Virus record (IMG/VR): IMGVR_UViG_3300035037_000234
Location: 1-42,305 of that record
Reading direction: 5' to 3' (one strand)
DNA from: a virus
Lineage: Duplodnaviria; Caudoviricetes
DNA length: 42,305 bases
The notes beneath the pieces were generated by a model, which saw only the letters and a list, made by a program, of their open reading frames with translations, was not told the origin of the DNA and did no database searches. Shown one piece after another: positions 8,365-16,988 of this stretch (positions are counted from its first letter, which is position 1; every line of letters begins with the position of its first letter). Position numbers and translations under genes: made by a program.

Positions 8365-8523
8365 TTACCTACTAAGCTTTGCGTTTCTATTTCTAGCATA
8401 CTCTCTAGCTTCTTTTCTTGTTCTACATGTTTTGGTTGTATTTCCTGTATTAGTATTTACTACCCGCCAATTACCTAGAAACCCCGTTTCTTCTTCTACT
8501 GAAAATCTCTTTCGTTTACTCAC
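8365..8523 (-). CDS. Small basic hypothetical protein (52 aa)
   Basis: Not in the track. AAAGGAGG SD + GTG gives MSKRKRFSVEEETGFLGNWRVVNTNTG...AREYARNRNAKLSR*; followed by a hairpin. Confidence 0.7.
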   Translation of the reverse strand: MSKRKRFSVEEETGFLGNWRVVNTNTGNTTKTCRTRKEAREYARNRNAKLSR

Positions 8524-8539
8524 TCGACTTCCTCCTTTC

Positions 8540-8695
8540 TTATTTAGTTCTTGGTTTTGTTATTACTTTTCTTTTAATTGGTAAATCTCGAAAATTATCA
8601 TGTCCTTTTAAAGAACAAAAAGTATGTTTTGGTCCATAAGAAGTCTTTTCTACTTCTCCTTTAATTAACTCACCACAGACAATACAATATCTCAT
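8540..8695 (-). CDS. Small putative Zn-binding protein (51 aa)
   Basis: Not in the track. AAGGAGG SD and a 13-mer promoter upstream; MRYCIVCGELIK...HTFCSLKGH. Confidence 0.65.
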   Translation of the reverse strand: MRYCIVCGELIKGEVEKTSYGPKHTFCSLKGHDNFRDLPIKRKVITKPRTK

Positions 8696-8730
8696 AATAA
8701 ACCTCCTTAATTATATTATATATTATTTTT

Positions 8731-8961
8731 TTAATCATTTCCACCTATCTGATCTTCTTCATTTATATCTTTATCTTTATAATAATAAATCATACAATCA
8801 ATCGAACAAAAATGTTTTAATATCGGGACAATATTTATCCCTTCTTGTTTTACTCCCTCACATATTTCTTGCCAAACATCACTAGTGCTATTATCTTTTA
8901 TTTTTTGTGCATCTACTATTTTACCACACTGATCACATTTAATCTTTTCTGGTATTAACAT
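8731..8961 (-). CDS. Hypothetical Zn-ribbon-like protein
   Basis: CDQCG...HFCSIDC. The likely start is ATG 8961 after GGAGGAG (the track starts at 8991). Confidence 0.65.
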   Translation of the reverse strand: MLIPEKIKCDQCGKIVDAQKIKDNSTSDVWQEICEGVKQEGINIVPILKHFCSIDCMIYYYKDKDINEEDQIGGND

Positions 8962-9197
8962 AATCTCTCCTCCACCAATTATAATACGCAATTATTGCTG
9001 TTATTATGTAAATTATCTCAAATGAAACTATACCATATAAATTATTCTTATAAGCAGCATATAGAAACAAAAAAAGCACCAGGAATTGTCAACAACCATC
9101 CACATCTTTTTCTAACTCCTATCAACATAGTTCCTGTTAATAATAATAAAGCTCCAATTATATCTATTGAAAAATTTAGTATTGATATTATATCCAT
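8939..9197 (-). pseudogene. Small multi-TM protein (PnuC-like half-transporter pattern), frameshifted in a T7 run
   Basis: MDIISILNFSIDIIGALLLLTGTMLIGVRKRCGWLLTIPGAF continues in the +1 frame as LFLYAAYKNNLYGIVSFEIIYIITAIIAYYNWWRR. Removing one T at 9069-9075 gives an 85 aa ORF. Confidence 0.6.
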
Positions 9198-9206
9198 TTA
9201 AAATAA

Positions 9207-9395
9207 CTACCTCTTCTTCCTCTTTTCTTCTTTTTCTTTATTTTTCTCTATACTATATTTTCTTATAATATCATTATGTGGTTTACCAAACGCTCCTTTT
9301 TGATTGCAGTTTTTTAGACCTATTTTCCATCTCTTAAATCTACCTAATATTCTTCTTCTATCTTTTCTATTCTTTGGTTTTATTGCTTGTGTCAT
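9207..9395 (-). CDS. Small basic hypothetical protein
   Basis: Packed in operon; 62 aa. Confidence 0.5.
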   Translation of the reverse strand: MTQAIKPKNRKDRRRILGRFKRWKIGLKNCNQKGAFGKPHNDIIRKYSIEKNKEKEEKRKKR

Positions 9396-9397
9396 TA

Positions 9398-9742
9398 TTA
9401 CCAGCTATGCCTTTCATTTTCTAATCTCCTGCAATTACAACATAGAGTTCTTATATATCCAATTCCCTTTATACTTTCAGTTGTAACATTTCTAGTCTCA
9501 CCGCAATCCTCACATATTTTATAGCTTTCTTCTTCTGCTTTATTTATTAAATCATATGCTTCCTTGTTAATCCCAGCTCCTATATAGAATCTTAATCCTC
9601 CAAACTTTTCTTTTACTTGTAGTACTTCTATATTTTTGTCTATCTTTATAAGGTCATCTACTAATTTTAATACTAATTTTTTCCATCCTCTCTCTACTGG
9701 AAAGCATTTTTTATATTGTTCTTTAAATTCTGTTATTTTCAT
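9398..9742 (-). CDS. Conserved phage hypothetical protein (QVKEKFGGLRFY family)
   Basis: GW..LV..L, QVKEKFGGLRFY, ES.KICEDCG, IRTLC motifs, typical of a widespread phage family. Confidence 0.8.
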   Translation of the reverse strand: MKITEFKEQYKKCFPVERGWKKLVLKLVDDLIKIDKNIEVLQVKEKFGGLRFYIGAGINKEAYDLINKAEEESYKICEDCGETRNVTTESIKGIGYIRTLCCNCRRLENERHSW

Positions 9743-9884
9743 TTCTACCCTCCCAACTTAATATTCTATTTTTTATATATGATATAGGAATCATTACTAT
9801 TAAAGCGATTATATAGATAACAGATAATAATACTGTCAATATTATTACTAAAATTGAATTTATTATTTTTTTTATTATACTCAT
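9723..9884 (-). CDS. Small membrane protein (53 aa)
   Basis: Not in the track. ATG lies right after the 13-mer motif; hydrophobic stretch ILVIILTVLLSVIYIIALIVMIPISYI. Confidence 0.5.
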   Translation of the reverse strand: MSIIKKIINSILVIILTVLLSVIYIIALIVMIPISYIKNRILSWEGRNENNRI

Positions 9885-10005
9885 ATTAATATTATATATT
9901 ATTTATATTGATTTATAATTTTATTTTTTATTTATTTTTTTATAACTTATTTATTTTTAACAATTTATATTTAATTTATTTTTGATTAACCTAATCAATA
10001 TTATT

Positions 10006-10158
10006 CTATCCACCTGTATTACCCACAACTTGGCAAACCTGTATTTTATTCGGTACATAAATATGATTATCATTAACTATTTTTTTAATTTCATTTTCAA
10101 GTAATGGTTTGTTTGATAATTTCATTATCTTACCTTCTATATAAACATGATTTTTCAT
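10006..10158 (-). CDS. Hypothetical protein (50 aa)
   Basis: ATG immediately follows the stop of 10159..10737; GGAG SD. Confidence 0.4.
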   Translation of the reverse strand: MKNHVYIEGKIMKLSNKPLLENEIKKIVNDNHIYVPNKIQVCQVVGNTGG

Positions 10159-10737
10159 CTATTCTTCTCCCTTATTTGATTCCAATAATTGTTTTAGAGT
10201 ATTAAAAGCGTCGGGCTGTCTTTCTGTAGGTACATATTGTTTTATAACTCTTTTAACTCCATTCATTATTGGTATTATATAATTATTTAAATTTTCTATA
10301 TGTATATAATTTTGCTGTAAATATTTGTTATCCCCGCTTATTAATTTTAATATCTTTGCTTTCTCAACCATTACTTGTCTTATACTATCTAATACTTTTC
10401 TTTGGTCATCTACGGTTCCCAAAGGCATTTTTTTCTTATTACCCTTCTTATCTGTTACTTCTATTTCATTCGCAGCGTGATCTTTAAGCTCCCAGTATTC
10501 TTTCATAAGAGCATCAAATTCATCAATAAACTTTAATATCTTTTCTAATTGCTGACTTAAATATTCTGGATTTTCAGATACTAATTTTTTATATCTATCA
10601 TTAATTGCCTGAACATCATTATGAATCGTCTGGTGATGAACATTAATTTTATCAGCAATGTCTTGTTGGGTGTATCCTTTTCTTAATAGATCTTGAACTC
10701 TTCTTCTTCTTTGTTCTATCTCTTTTTCTGTAGCCAT
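10159..10737 (-). CDS. HTH protein, putative terminase small subunit
   Basis: N-terminal HTH (RRRRVQDLLRKGYTQQDIADKINVHHQTIHNDV) followed by helical coiled segments, a TerS-like architecture. Confidence 0.55.
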   Translation of the reverse strand: MATEKEIEQRRRRVQDLLRKGYTQQDIADKINVHHQTIHNDVQAINDRYKKLVSENPEYLSQQLEKILKFIDEFDALMKEYWELKDHAANEIEVTDKKGNKKKMPLGTVDDQRKVLDSIRQVMVEKAKILKLISGDNKYLQQNYIHIENLNNYIIPIMNGVKRVIKQYVPTERQPDAFNTLKQLLESNKGEE

Positions 10738-10741
10738 TATA

Positions 10742-10996
10742 TCAATCCTTTAATAAATCTTCTCTGTAATTATTTTGTTTTAATATTGTTCTTATTTTTT
10801 TAAACTCTACTGTAATAGTAGCCGGACATACGTTCAGCTCATTAGCTATTTCTATATTTTTGTATCCTTTTAATTTTAATTTTACTATCTTCATTTGTCT
10901 ATTATCTAAATATTTAGATAATTCTTCTAAATATAGATCGCTTCTTAAATAAAAAAAAGATGTAATACTATGTATTATTTTTTTTATTCCACTCAC
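10742..10996 (-). CDS. Sigma70 region-4 / LuxR-type HTH protein
   Basis: LDNRQMKIVKLKLKGYKNIEIANELNVCPATITVEFKKIR. Confidence 0.75.
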   Translation of the reverse strand: MSGIKKIIHSITSFFYLRSDLYLEELSKYLDNRQMKIVKLKLKGYKNIEIANELNVCPATITVEFKKIRTILKQNNYREDLLKD

Positions 10997-11295
10997 GACT
11001 CTTCTTTTGTCTCCTTTAAAAATTTTTCTAAAGAAACCGCACTACTCAAAGGTTCTCGTTGTTCTTTAGCTATTAAATTTAATAAATGCCATTTACATCT
11101 TAAAAACCAAAATCCTAATTTTTTATTTTTGTAAGATTTTTTATTCCAAGTATCTAAAACTAATAAATATAATTCTTGTTTTAAATCTTCTTTATCATAA
11201 CCTTTTATATTAAAATGATAAGCCAGAAAATCTATTAATTGTTCTAAATCTTTTAATAACTCTTCTACATTATTATATCTGACATCATTAGACAC
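10993..11295 (-). CDS. Sigma70 region-2-only protein
   Basis: LIDFLAYHFNIKGYDKEDLKQELYLLVL...W..LRCKWHLLNLIAKEQR...AVSLE resembles ECF/SigH region 2 plus linker. Confidence 0.7.
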   Translation of the reverse strand: MSNDVRYNNVEELLKDLEQLIDFLAYHFNIKGYDKEDLKQELYLLVLDTWNKKSYKNKKLGFWFLRCKWHLLNLIAKEQREPLSSAVSLEKFLKETKEES

Positions 11296-11319
11296 AGCTG
11301 TAATTGCCTTTCTTCAATA

Positions 11320-11685
11320 TTATTCATACAATAACTTTTTTATCTCTCTAAAATGATTTAATATTTCTGATGCATGTTTTTTCTTAGAAAACTCTTCCCA
11401 TAACATAGTAAATATTTTATTATACACTGAATCATCTTTAGCAGTATCAATAATCGTTTCATCCGAAACTAAATTACCTTTTAAAATTGTTTCTATTTTC
11501 CTTGAATCTTTATCAGTCATTCTTACTAAACAACCAAAAACTGCCGGTACCCCAAACTCTTCACATTTTCTAAAATTACTTAAAGCATCTTTATCAGAAG
11601 CATAGTCATGATTCTTATCTAGACAAGTTTTCTTTTCTTTCTCTATTAAATTTAAAAATTTAACCTCAAAATCTTTCTTATTCAT
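11320..11685 (-). CDS. DUF1599 / nucleotide-modification-associated-domain-like protein
   Basis: KNHDYA...DALSNF...GCLVRMTDK.SR...VSDETIIDT..D..VY motif pattern. Confidence 0.7.
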   Translation of the reverse strand: MNKKDFEVKFLNLIEKEKKTCLDKNHDYASDKDALSNFRKCEEFGVPAVFGCLVRMTDKDSRKIETILKGNLVSDETIIDTAKDDSVYNKIFTMLWEEFSKKKHASEILNHFREIKKLLYE

Positions 11686-11948
11686 GATACATCTCCATTC
11701 TTTGTTCGTTTATACTCTTCATAATCAGAAACCTGTCTTCTATAAAATTCTAATTTAGAACATTCTAAAACTCCTATAATATCATTAAATACTTTATAAG
11801 ACTTGCCTTCACGATTAAGATACTTATAGCATAAAGTCGTTATCATAAAATTAAGCTCACCAACATCGTCTACACACTCTTCAATCATGTCTAGCTCTTT
11901 TAAAACTTTAATATATTTATCTCTTTTTTTAATTTTTATATAAGGCAT
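11682..11948 (-). CDS. Conserved phage hypothetical protein
   Basis: MPYIK...GELNFMIT.L...Y..FNDIIGVLECSKLEFYRR...YE..K...NGDV, a recurrent phage family. Confidence 0.8.
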   Translation of the reverse strand: MPYIKIKKRDKYIKVLKELDMIEECVDDVGELNFMITTLCYKYLNREGKSYKVFNDIIGVLECSKLEFYRRQVSDYEEYKRTKNGDVS

Positions 11949-11958
11949 TTAATCTCTC

Positions 11959-13146
11959 CTATCTAGATTTTAAATCTACTGGATAAATATCGGTATGGTC
12001 TCTCTCATCAGTAACTAACCATAATAATTGAGAAGGTTCCCCCTCAGTCACTGCCATTCTTTCTGATAAATCATCTGCACCAACCGGAGAACCTATCACT
12101 ATTCTTCTACTTTTTATATCATAATGATGATAATGACCAGAAACAACTAAATCTGCATCATGAATTTTTAACCACCCCAAATATTTTGCTCTTCCAGCTG
12201 CTGTTTCATCTTGTGGATAGCCTTGATGTCTTAATAAATATCTCCACTTTCGAATAGGCACTACAAAATAATCTTTATTAGAATATTTTATATCTAAATT
12301 TTTTATGCTTTTTAGTTGTTGAATGTATTGTAAAATCATATAAATCATTAAATCCCAATTACTAGCTGGGTCAGCATCTTTACCTAATCTTCCATGATTG
12401 CCTTTTACTCCCCTAAACTTAACTATTAATCCTCTTTCTAGTAATGACATTATTAATCTCATTATATTTTCTACTACAGCCATTACTTGTTTCGGTGGAG
12501 AGTCTTCTTGTTCATAAATCTGTGTTGGATAAATTCCCTCCCCATTAGCCATATCACCAGTACATAAAATATAAACTTCTTTTAAAGAAACATGTTTAGT
12601 TATATGTGAGTCAATTAGCTTTAACATTGAAACAATTAATTTTTCTATTCTTTTATTAAATATATCGATGTTATATACTTCCCTATCTTCACAATCTTTT
12701 ACAATTTTACCAGCATGCCAATCTGAAATACCTACCACTAAAGTTTCATTACTTGTTACATTCTTTTTTATAGTTTGAAAAGGTGTATAATCTTTAGTTA
12801 AAACTTGTAAAGCTTGATTTAATTTATCTGAATAAGTTTTATTATCTTGTATATTATATATAGAACAAAATCTTGATATAGTTTTAGGGCTTACTTCTAA
12901 TTTTCTTGCTACATCTACTTGAGTTTTATAGATGGCTAATAATTTTAACAACTCTTGTTTGTTTATAGAAAAATCTATATCATCATTTCTTGGCTTCTCT
13001 TCTGGAATCTTATTATCTCTTTTTAAAACTTTAATTCTCCTACTAATTGTTCTCTCACTAACGTTAAACCTTTCTGCTAATTCAGCTAAAGTTTCCCCTT
13101 CTTTATATTTTTGTGCCAACATATTTAAATCTAAAGTTTTTATCAT
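11959..13146 (-). CDS. Tandem-HTH + calcineurin-like metallophosphoesterase
   Basis: Two HTHs (ETLAELAERFNVSERTISRR; TQVDVARKLEVSPKTISR), then ISDWH, TGD, KGNHGR, LRH, SGHYH. Confidence 0.85.
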   Translation of the reverse strand: MIKTLDLNMLAQKYKEGETLAELAERFNVSERTISRRIKVLKRDNKIPEEKPRNDDIDFSINKQELLKLLAIYKTQVDVARKLEVSPKTISRFCSIYNIQDNKTYSDKLNQALQVLTKDYTPFQTIKKNVTSNETLVVGISDWHAGKIVKDCEDREVYNIDIFNKRIEKLIVSMLKLIDSHITKHVSLKEVYILCTGDMANGEGIYPTQIYEQEDSPPKQVMAVVENIMRLIMSLLERGLIVKFRGVKGNHGRLGKDADPASNWDLMIYMILQYIQQLKSIKNLDIKYSNKDYFVVPIRKWRYLLRHQGYPQDETAAGRAKYLGWLKIHDADLVVSGHYHHYDIKSRRIVIGSPVGADDLSERMAVTEGEPSQLLWLVTDERDHTDIYPVDLKSR

Positions 13147-14759
13147 GTGTATATAATCTCCTTTATTCTACTAATGTCATTATCTTTCTCTAAAATTATT
13201 TTATTTGGATTAGCCCAATTGCGAACATCATCAATATGTGATATAACCAATATTTTCTTAAAAGAGTCTTTTAAACTATCAATCAAGTGCATTACTTTAT
13301 TTATATTATTTTTACCAAGAGCAGAAAAACATTCATCAAGTATAAGCAATTCAATCCCTCTATTTGTTTTATATAATTTACTAATTCCAATTCTCATAGC
13401 TAAAGTAATTAAAAATTCCTCACCATTAGATAGATTATGTATTGGGTATTTTCTATTACCTTTATATAATTCAATCTCACAAACATTTCTTAATTCTTTT
13501 GTTGTCTTTAATTCCTTTTCAGTTTTTAATTGTAAACTAAAATCTGTAATATTTGATAATATATTATTAACTATTAATTCTAGTTTTGGAATATAGTTGC
13601 TTAAAATATATAAGGGCAACCCTTTTTGATTAAAAACTTCTTTTGATTTTTCTAATATTCCTTTTTGAATTAATAATTTTTTCTCTTTTTTATCTAAAGA
13701 TTTAATATCTATTTTATTATTTGATTTACTTTCTTTATCAATAGTTATTTTAATCTCCATTAATTTTTCTTCAATTATATCAATTTTATCTTCTAAAGAA
13801 TTCATCTCGCTCTTAACTTTTATTTCTTCTTCTTGATGTTGTTTAAGTATATTACTATTATATTCAAGACTTTGTTTTTTATTTTTCATATCAATCTTAA
13901 TCTGTTTCAACAAAGAACTACCCTTCAATTTTGTTTGACATAAAGGACATTTAGAATTTATCTTAATAAAATTAATTCTAGACTCTAATTTATTAAGTTC
14001 ACTACTAATTATTTTAATTTCTTCATTGGAAGTAATTCTTTTATCTCTTATTTTTTTATATATAGACTCAAGTTTTTCTAAATCATTATTTAATTTATTC
14101 AAAGTACCTTTTAATTCCTTATCTTTAATAGATATTTCTTCTAAATTAATATTCTCTTTTATTTCTTCATAAGCTTCTTTCTTAGCATTTATTATATCTA
14201 TTTGATTATCAATAAATTTTATTTTATTCTTCAAAATAATTTCACAATTATCTAGCTTATCTATATCCAAAACAGAAATTAAAAAATCAATTAATCTTGA
14301 ACTAGTCAATTCTTTTAAATCATCAAACTCAGATTGCCCAAAACAAAAAGAATGCATAAACTTATCATAATCTATTCCCAACAGTTGTTCTATATAAATA
14401 TCAGTTTCTTTAGTAGTTTCTTTTGTTTCGTCCTCATCATTAATTATTAGTTTAATTGTTGTTGCTTTATTTCTTTTTCTACCTCTACTTATTATAACTT
14501 TATCTGTATTGAGATAAAAAGTTAAAGAAACCTCCATATCAGTTTCATCAAAATAAATACAATCATCTACACTTTTAGTTCTAACTTTCCCAAATAAAGC
14601 ATATAAAATAGCTTCCTTAATAGTAGACTTTCCTACCCCATTAAAAGAACCTGTTTGCTTATTCGTACCATAAATAGTATAAATACCATTCTCTGATAAT
14701 TTTATACATTCTTCTTTGTAAGATAAAAAATTATTTAACTTAATCTCTGTGATATTCAT
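13143..14759 (-). CDS. sbcC: SbcC/Rad50-like SMC ATPase (gp46-like)
   Basis: NFLSY, Walker A NGVGKST, coiled coil with CPLC zinc hook, LSNGE signature, LLILDE, VISH. Confidence 0.92.
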   Translation of the reverse strand: MNITEIKLNNFLSYKEECIKLSENGIYTIYGTNKQTGSFNGVGKSTIKEAILYALFGKVRTKSVDDCIYFDETDMEVSLTFYLNTDKVIISRGRKRNKATTIKLIINDEDETKETTKETDIYIEQLLGIDYDKFMHSFCFGQSEFDDLKELTSSRLIDFLISVLDIDKLDNCEIILKNKIKFIDNQIDIINAKKEAYEEIKENINLEEISIKDKELKGTLNKLNNDLEKLESIYKKIRDKRITSNEEIKIISSELNKLESRINFIKINSKCPLCQTKLKGSSLLKQIKIDMKNKKQSLEYNSNILKQHQEEEIKVKSEMNSLEDKIDIIEEKLMEIKITIDKESKSNNKIDIKSLDKKEKKLLIQKGILEKSKEVFNQKGLPLYILSNYIPKLELIVNNILSNITDFSLQLKTEKELKTTKELRNVCEIELYKGNRKYPIHNLSNGEEFLITLAMRIGISKLYKTNRGIELLILDECFSALGKNNINKVMHLIDSLKDSFKKILVISHIDDVRNWANPNKIILEKDNDISRIKEIIYT

Positions 14760-15669
14760 CTTTTAACAACTTTCTACATAATTTGTTAATATTATCATTT
14801 AATTTTTTCTTTTCAGAGTAAGAATCAAAAAATTCTAAAATAGATTTATCAGAAGTAGTTGCTTTATTCTTTATCCCTTCTACATCTGTAATAAAAAAAT
14901 TTATATCTATTTGATAAGCATCTTTAAATTTACTTAATAATTTATCATAGTTTAAAGATTTTATTTTATCTTTAGTACCTAAAATATCTACTTTAACTAT
15001 GCTCTCCTCTATCTTAAAATCTTTTTTATTTATATCTTTTTCTTTAGTATCTAAATTAATTTTTATATATACCATATCTCTTACCTTTAATTTGTGTCTT
15101 CTCAATTTTAATTTATCATTAATATCTAATATCCAAATATATTTATTATCATTTCTTTCAGCAAAATCTACTCTTTCAATACTACCAGGATAAAATGCCA
15201 AAGGATTCTTTTCATTTATTATTTGTGGTTTATGAATATGTCCAAAAATTATTACATCATATCCCTTATAATCTTTATAACTTTTATAATTATTTAATTT
15301 TATATTATCGTTTCCAATCAAAGCTTCTTTTATATTTTCATGAGTTATTAATATTTTATATTTTCCATCTTCAATCTCAATATTATCATCTATGTTACCC
15401 AACCAATCTAAAGTTGATAAATTCTTATCTATTCTATCATGATTACCAGCTATAATATATTTTTTTGCTTTTATCATTCTAAGATGACTTGAAAAAGCTT
15501 TTAATTCTCTTGGAGTTGGTCTTCTATTATCAAAAATATCTCCTGCTATAATATAGGCATCTGGTTTTATTTTATCAGCAACTAATTGAATTTGAAACAA
15601 GCTACTAATAAAATCATCAAATCTATTTGCTTCATTAAGATGGAAGTCACTAGCTATAAGATATTTCAT
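14740..15669 (-). CDS. sbcD: SbcD/Mre11-like nuclease (gp47-like)
   Basis: SDFH, AGDIFD, AGNHD, GHIHKPQ, YPGSIERVDFAE. Confidence 0.93.
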   Translation of the reverse strand: MKYLIASDFHLNEANRFDDFISSLFQIQLVADKIKPDAYIIAGDIFDNRRPTPRELKAFSSHLRMIKAKKYIIAGNHDRIDKNLSTLDWLGNIDDNIEIEDGKYKILITHENIKEALIGNDNIKLNNYKSYKDYKGYDVIIFGHIHKPQIINEKNPLAFYPGSIERVDFAERNDNKYIWILDINDKLKLRRHKLKVRDMVYIKINLDTKEKDINKKDFKIEESIVKVDILGTKDKIKSLNYDKLLSKFKDAYQIDINFFITDVEGIKNKATTSDKSILEFFDSYSEKKKLNDNINKLCRKLLKDEYHRD

Positions 15670-15845
15670 TTATCATCCTTAAGTATAGTAAAAGCATCAT
15701 TAAGTAAGGTATCCATTAATTCATATGTAAGAGTATAAGTCTCTTCACTTATATTATCTAAAACTAAATAAGTTCCGTTTTCTATATTTTCAAGTATGTT
15801 AAAACGCTTATTATTAGTTAAAGATAAATTTTCAAAGTCACTCAT
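15666..15845 (-). CDS. Hypothetical protein (59 aa)
   Basis: Not in the track. MSDFENLSLTNNKRFNILENIENGTYLVLD...; GGAG SD, with TAATG and ATGA overlaps at its two ends. Confidence 0.65.
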   Translation of the reverse strand: MSDFENLSLTNNKRFNILENIENGTYLVLDNISEETYTLTYELMDTLLNDAFTILKDDK

Positions 15846-16519
15846 TATTTAGGTCTCCTCTGTACATAAGTTTTAGTAAAGTAAATAATCCAATCTCCTC
15901 TATTAAAATTTGTTTTATTGTGACATTTTCTACATAAAGAAACTAAATTCTCTTCTTTATTGTTTTTTATATTATAATCTATATGATGAATTACAAGCTC
16001 TTTATTATCTTCTTTACAAATAAAACAGCTATAATTATTTTTCTTCTTTATTTTTTCTTTTAATTCTTTATTAAATACACTCCTAATATAACATTTCTTT
16101 TTATTAAGTAATCCATCCCCTCCCCGAACTAAACTCATCTTCTTTCTTGTCTTTAAATCCCAAGATTTTCCTTTGTTCCATGGAATATTTCCTTTTTTCC
16201 AAGTGCTTGAATTCTTTAAACATTTTCCTTTAGTATTCTTATTCCATGGAGTACTTCCTTTAGAAAAACCATACCCAACTACAGTTTTCATTTTTTCTTT
16301 GTGTTTAATACCAGCCCCTGTCTTATAATGTGCTAGCAACTTTTTAGATATTTTTAATTTTCTACTTTCAGAACAGGGTCCATTAGATACTCCAAGATGT
16401 GCTAAACTTAAATTTCTTTTATGGTCTAAAGTAAATGGTTTTTTCTTTATTCCTTTTGTTTCCCCCCGTTTTGCTTTACACATACAACATTGACAATCTA
16501 TTTTATGTCCTTTTGGCAT
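15845..16519 (-). CDS. HNH homing endonuclease with NUMOD3-like repeats
   Basis: HKRNLSLAHLG, PWNK x2, TRKKMS, CFIC...LVIHHIDYNIKNNKEENLVSLCRKCHNKT. The likely start is ATG 16519 (MPKGH, GGAG SD), although the frame is open to 16714. Confidence 0.88.
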   Translation of the reverse strand: MPKGHKIDCQCCMCKAKRGETKGIKKKPFTLDHKRNLSLAHLGVSNGPCSESRKLKISKKLLAHYKTGAGIKHKEKMKTVVGYGFSKGSTPWNKNTKGKCLKNSSTWKKGNIPWNKGKSWDLKTRKKMSLVRGGDGLLNKKKCYIRSVFNKELKEKIKKKNNYSCFICKEDNKELVIHHIDYNIKNNKEENLVSLCRKCHNKTNFNRGDWIIYFTKTYVQRRPK

Positions 16520-16673
16520 ATTTATTTTCTCCAATAAAAAACCCTCGTTCTGCGAACAGTAGGAAAAATGGTTATATTCTTCCACGCATACTAAAGGGTT
16601 ATTTTTTTGATATAAAAAACCCACTCCTCCTACTGTTAATAATAAAGAAAATAATATGATTGAGTATTTTAAT

Positions 16674-16988
16674 CTATTTTTCATTCTTTTTCCTATAAAC
16701 AATTCCTTGAACATAATAATTTTTAAATTCTAATTCTAACCCAGCTGTTTTACCTTCAAATAAAGCTTCTTTAAAAATCTTTTCTAAAACAGCTTCGGTG
16801 ATTCGCATTCCTTTATTATCTGTTCTTTTTGCTTCAACTAAATAATCTTTAAAAGAAACATCTCCTTTAAACATCCAAAAAGCACCTGAAGCTGGTGTTA
16901 CAAATCCATCCTTTGCTATTCTTTTTTCTTGTTGTTGACTCTTTTGTTTGGGAGATTTCTCAGTAAGATAATTAGGTTTGTTTCTCAT
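16674..16988 (-). CDS. PD-(D/E)XK nuclease, Holliday-junction-resolvase-like
   Basis: QEKRIAK...PASGA...KGDV....YLVEAKRT. Confidence 0.75.
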   Translation of the reverse strand: MRNKPNYLTEKSPKQKSQQQEKRIAKDGFVTPASGAFWMFKGDVSFKDYLVEAKRTDNKGMRITEAVLEKIFKEALFEGKTAGLELEFKNYYVQGIVYRKKNEK

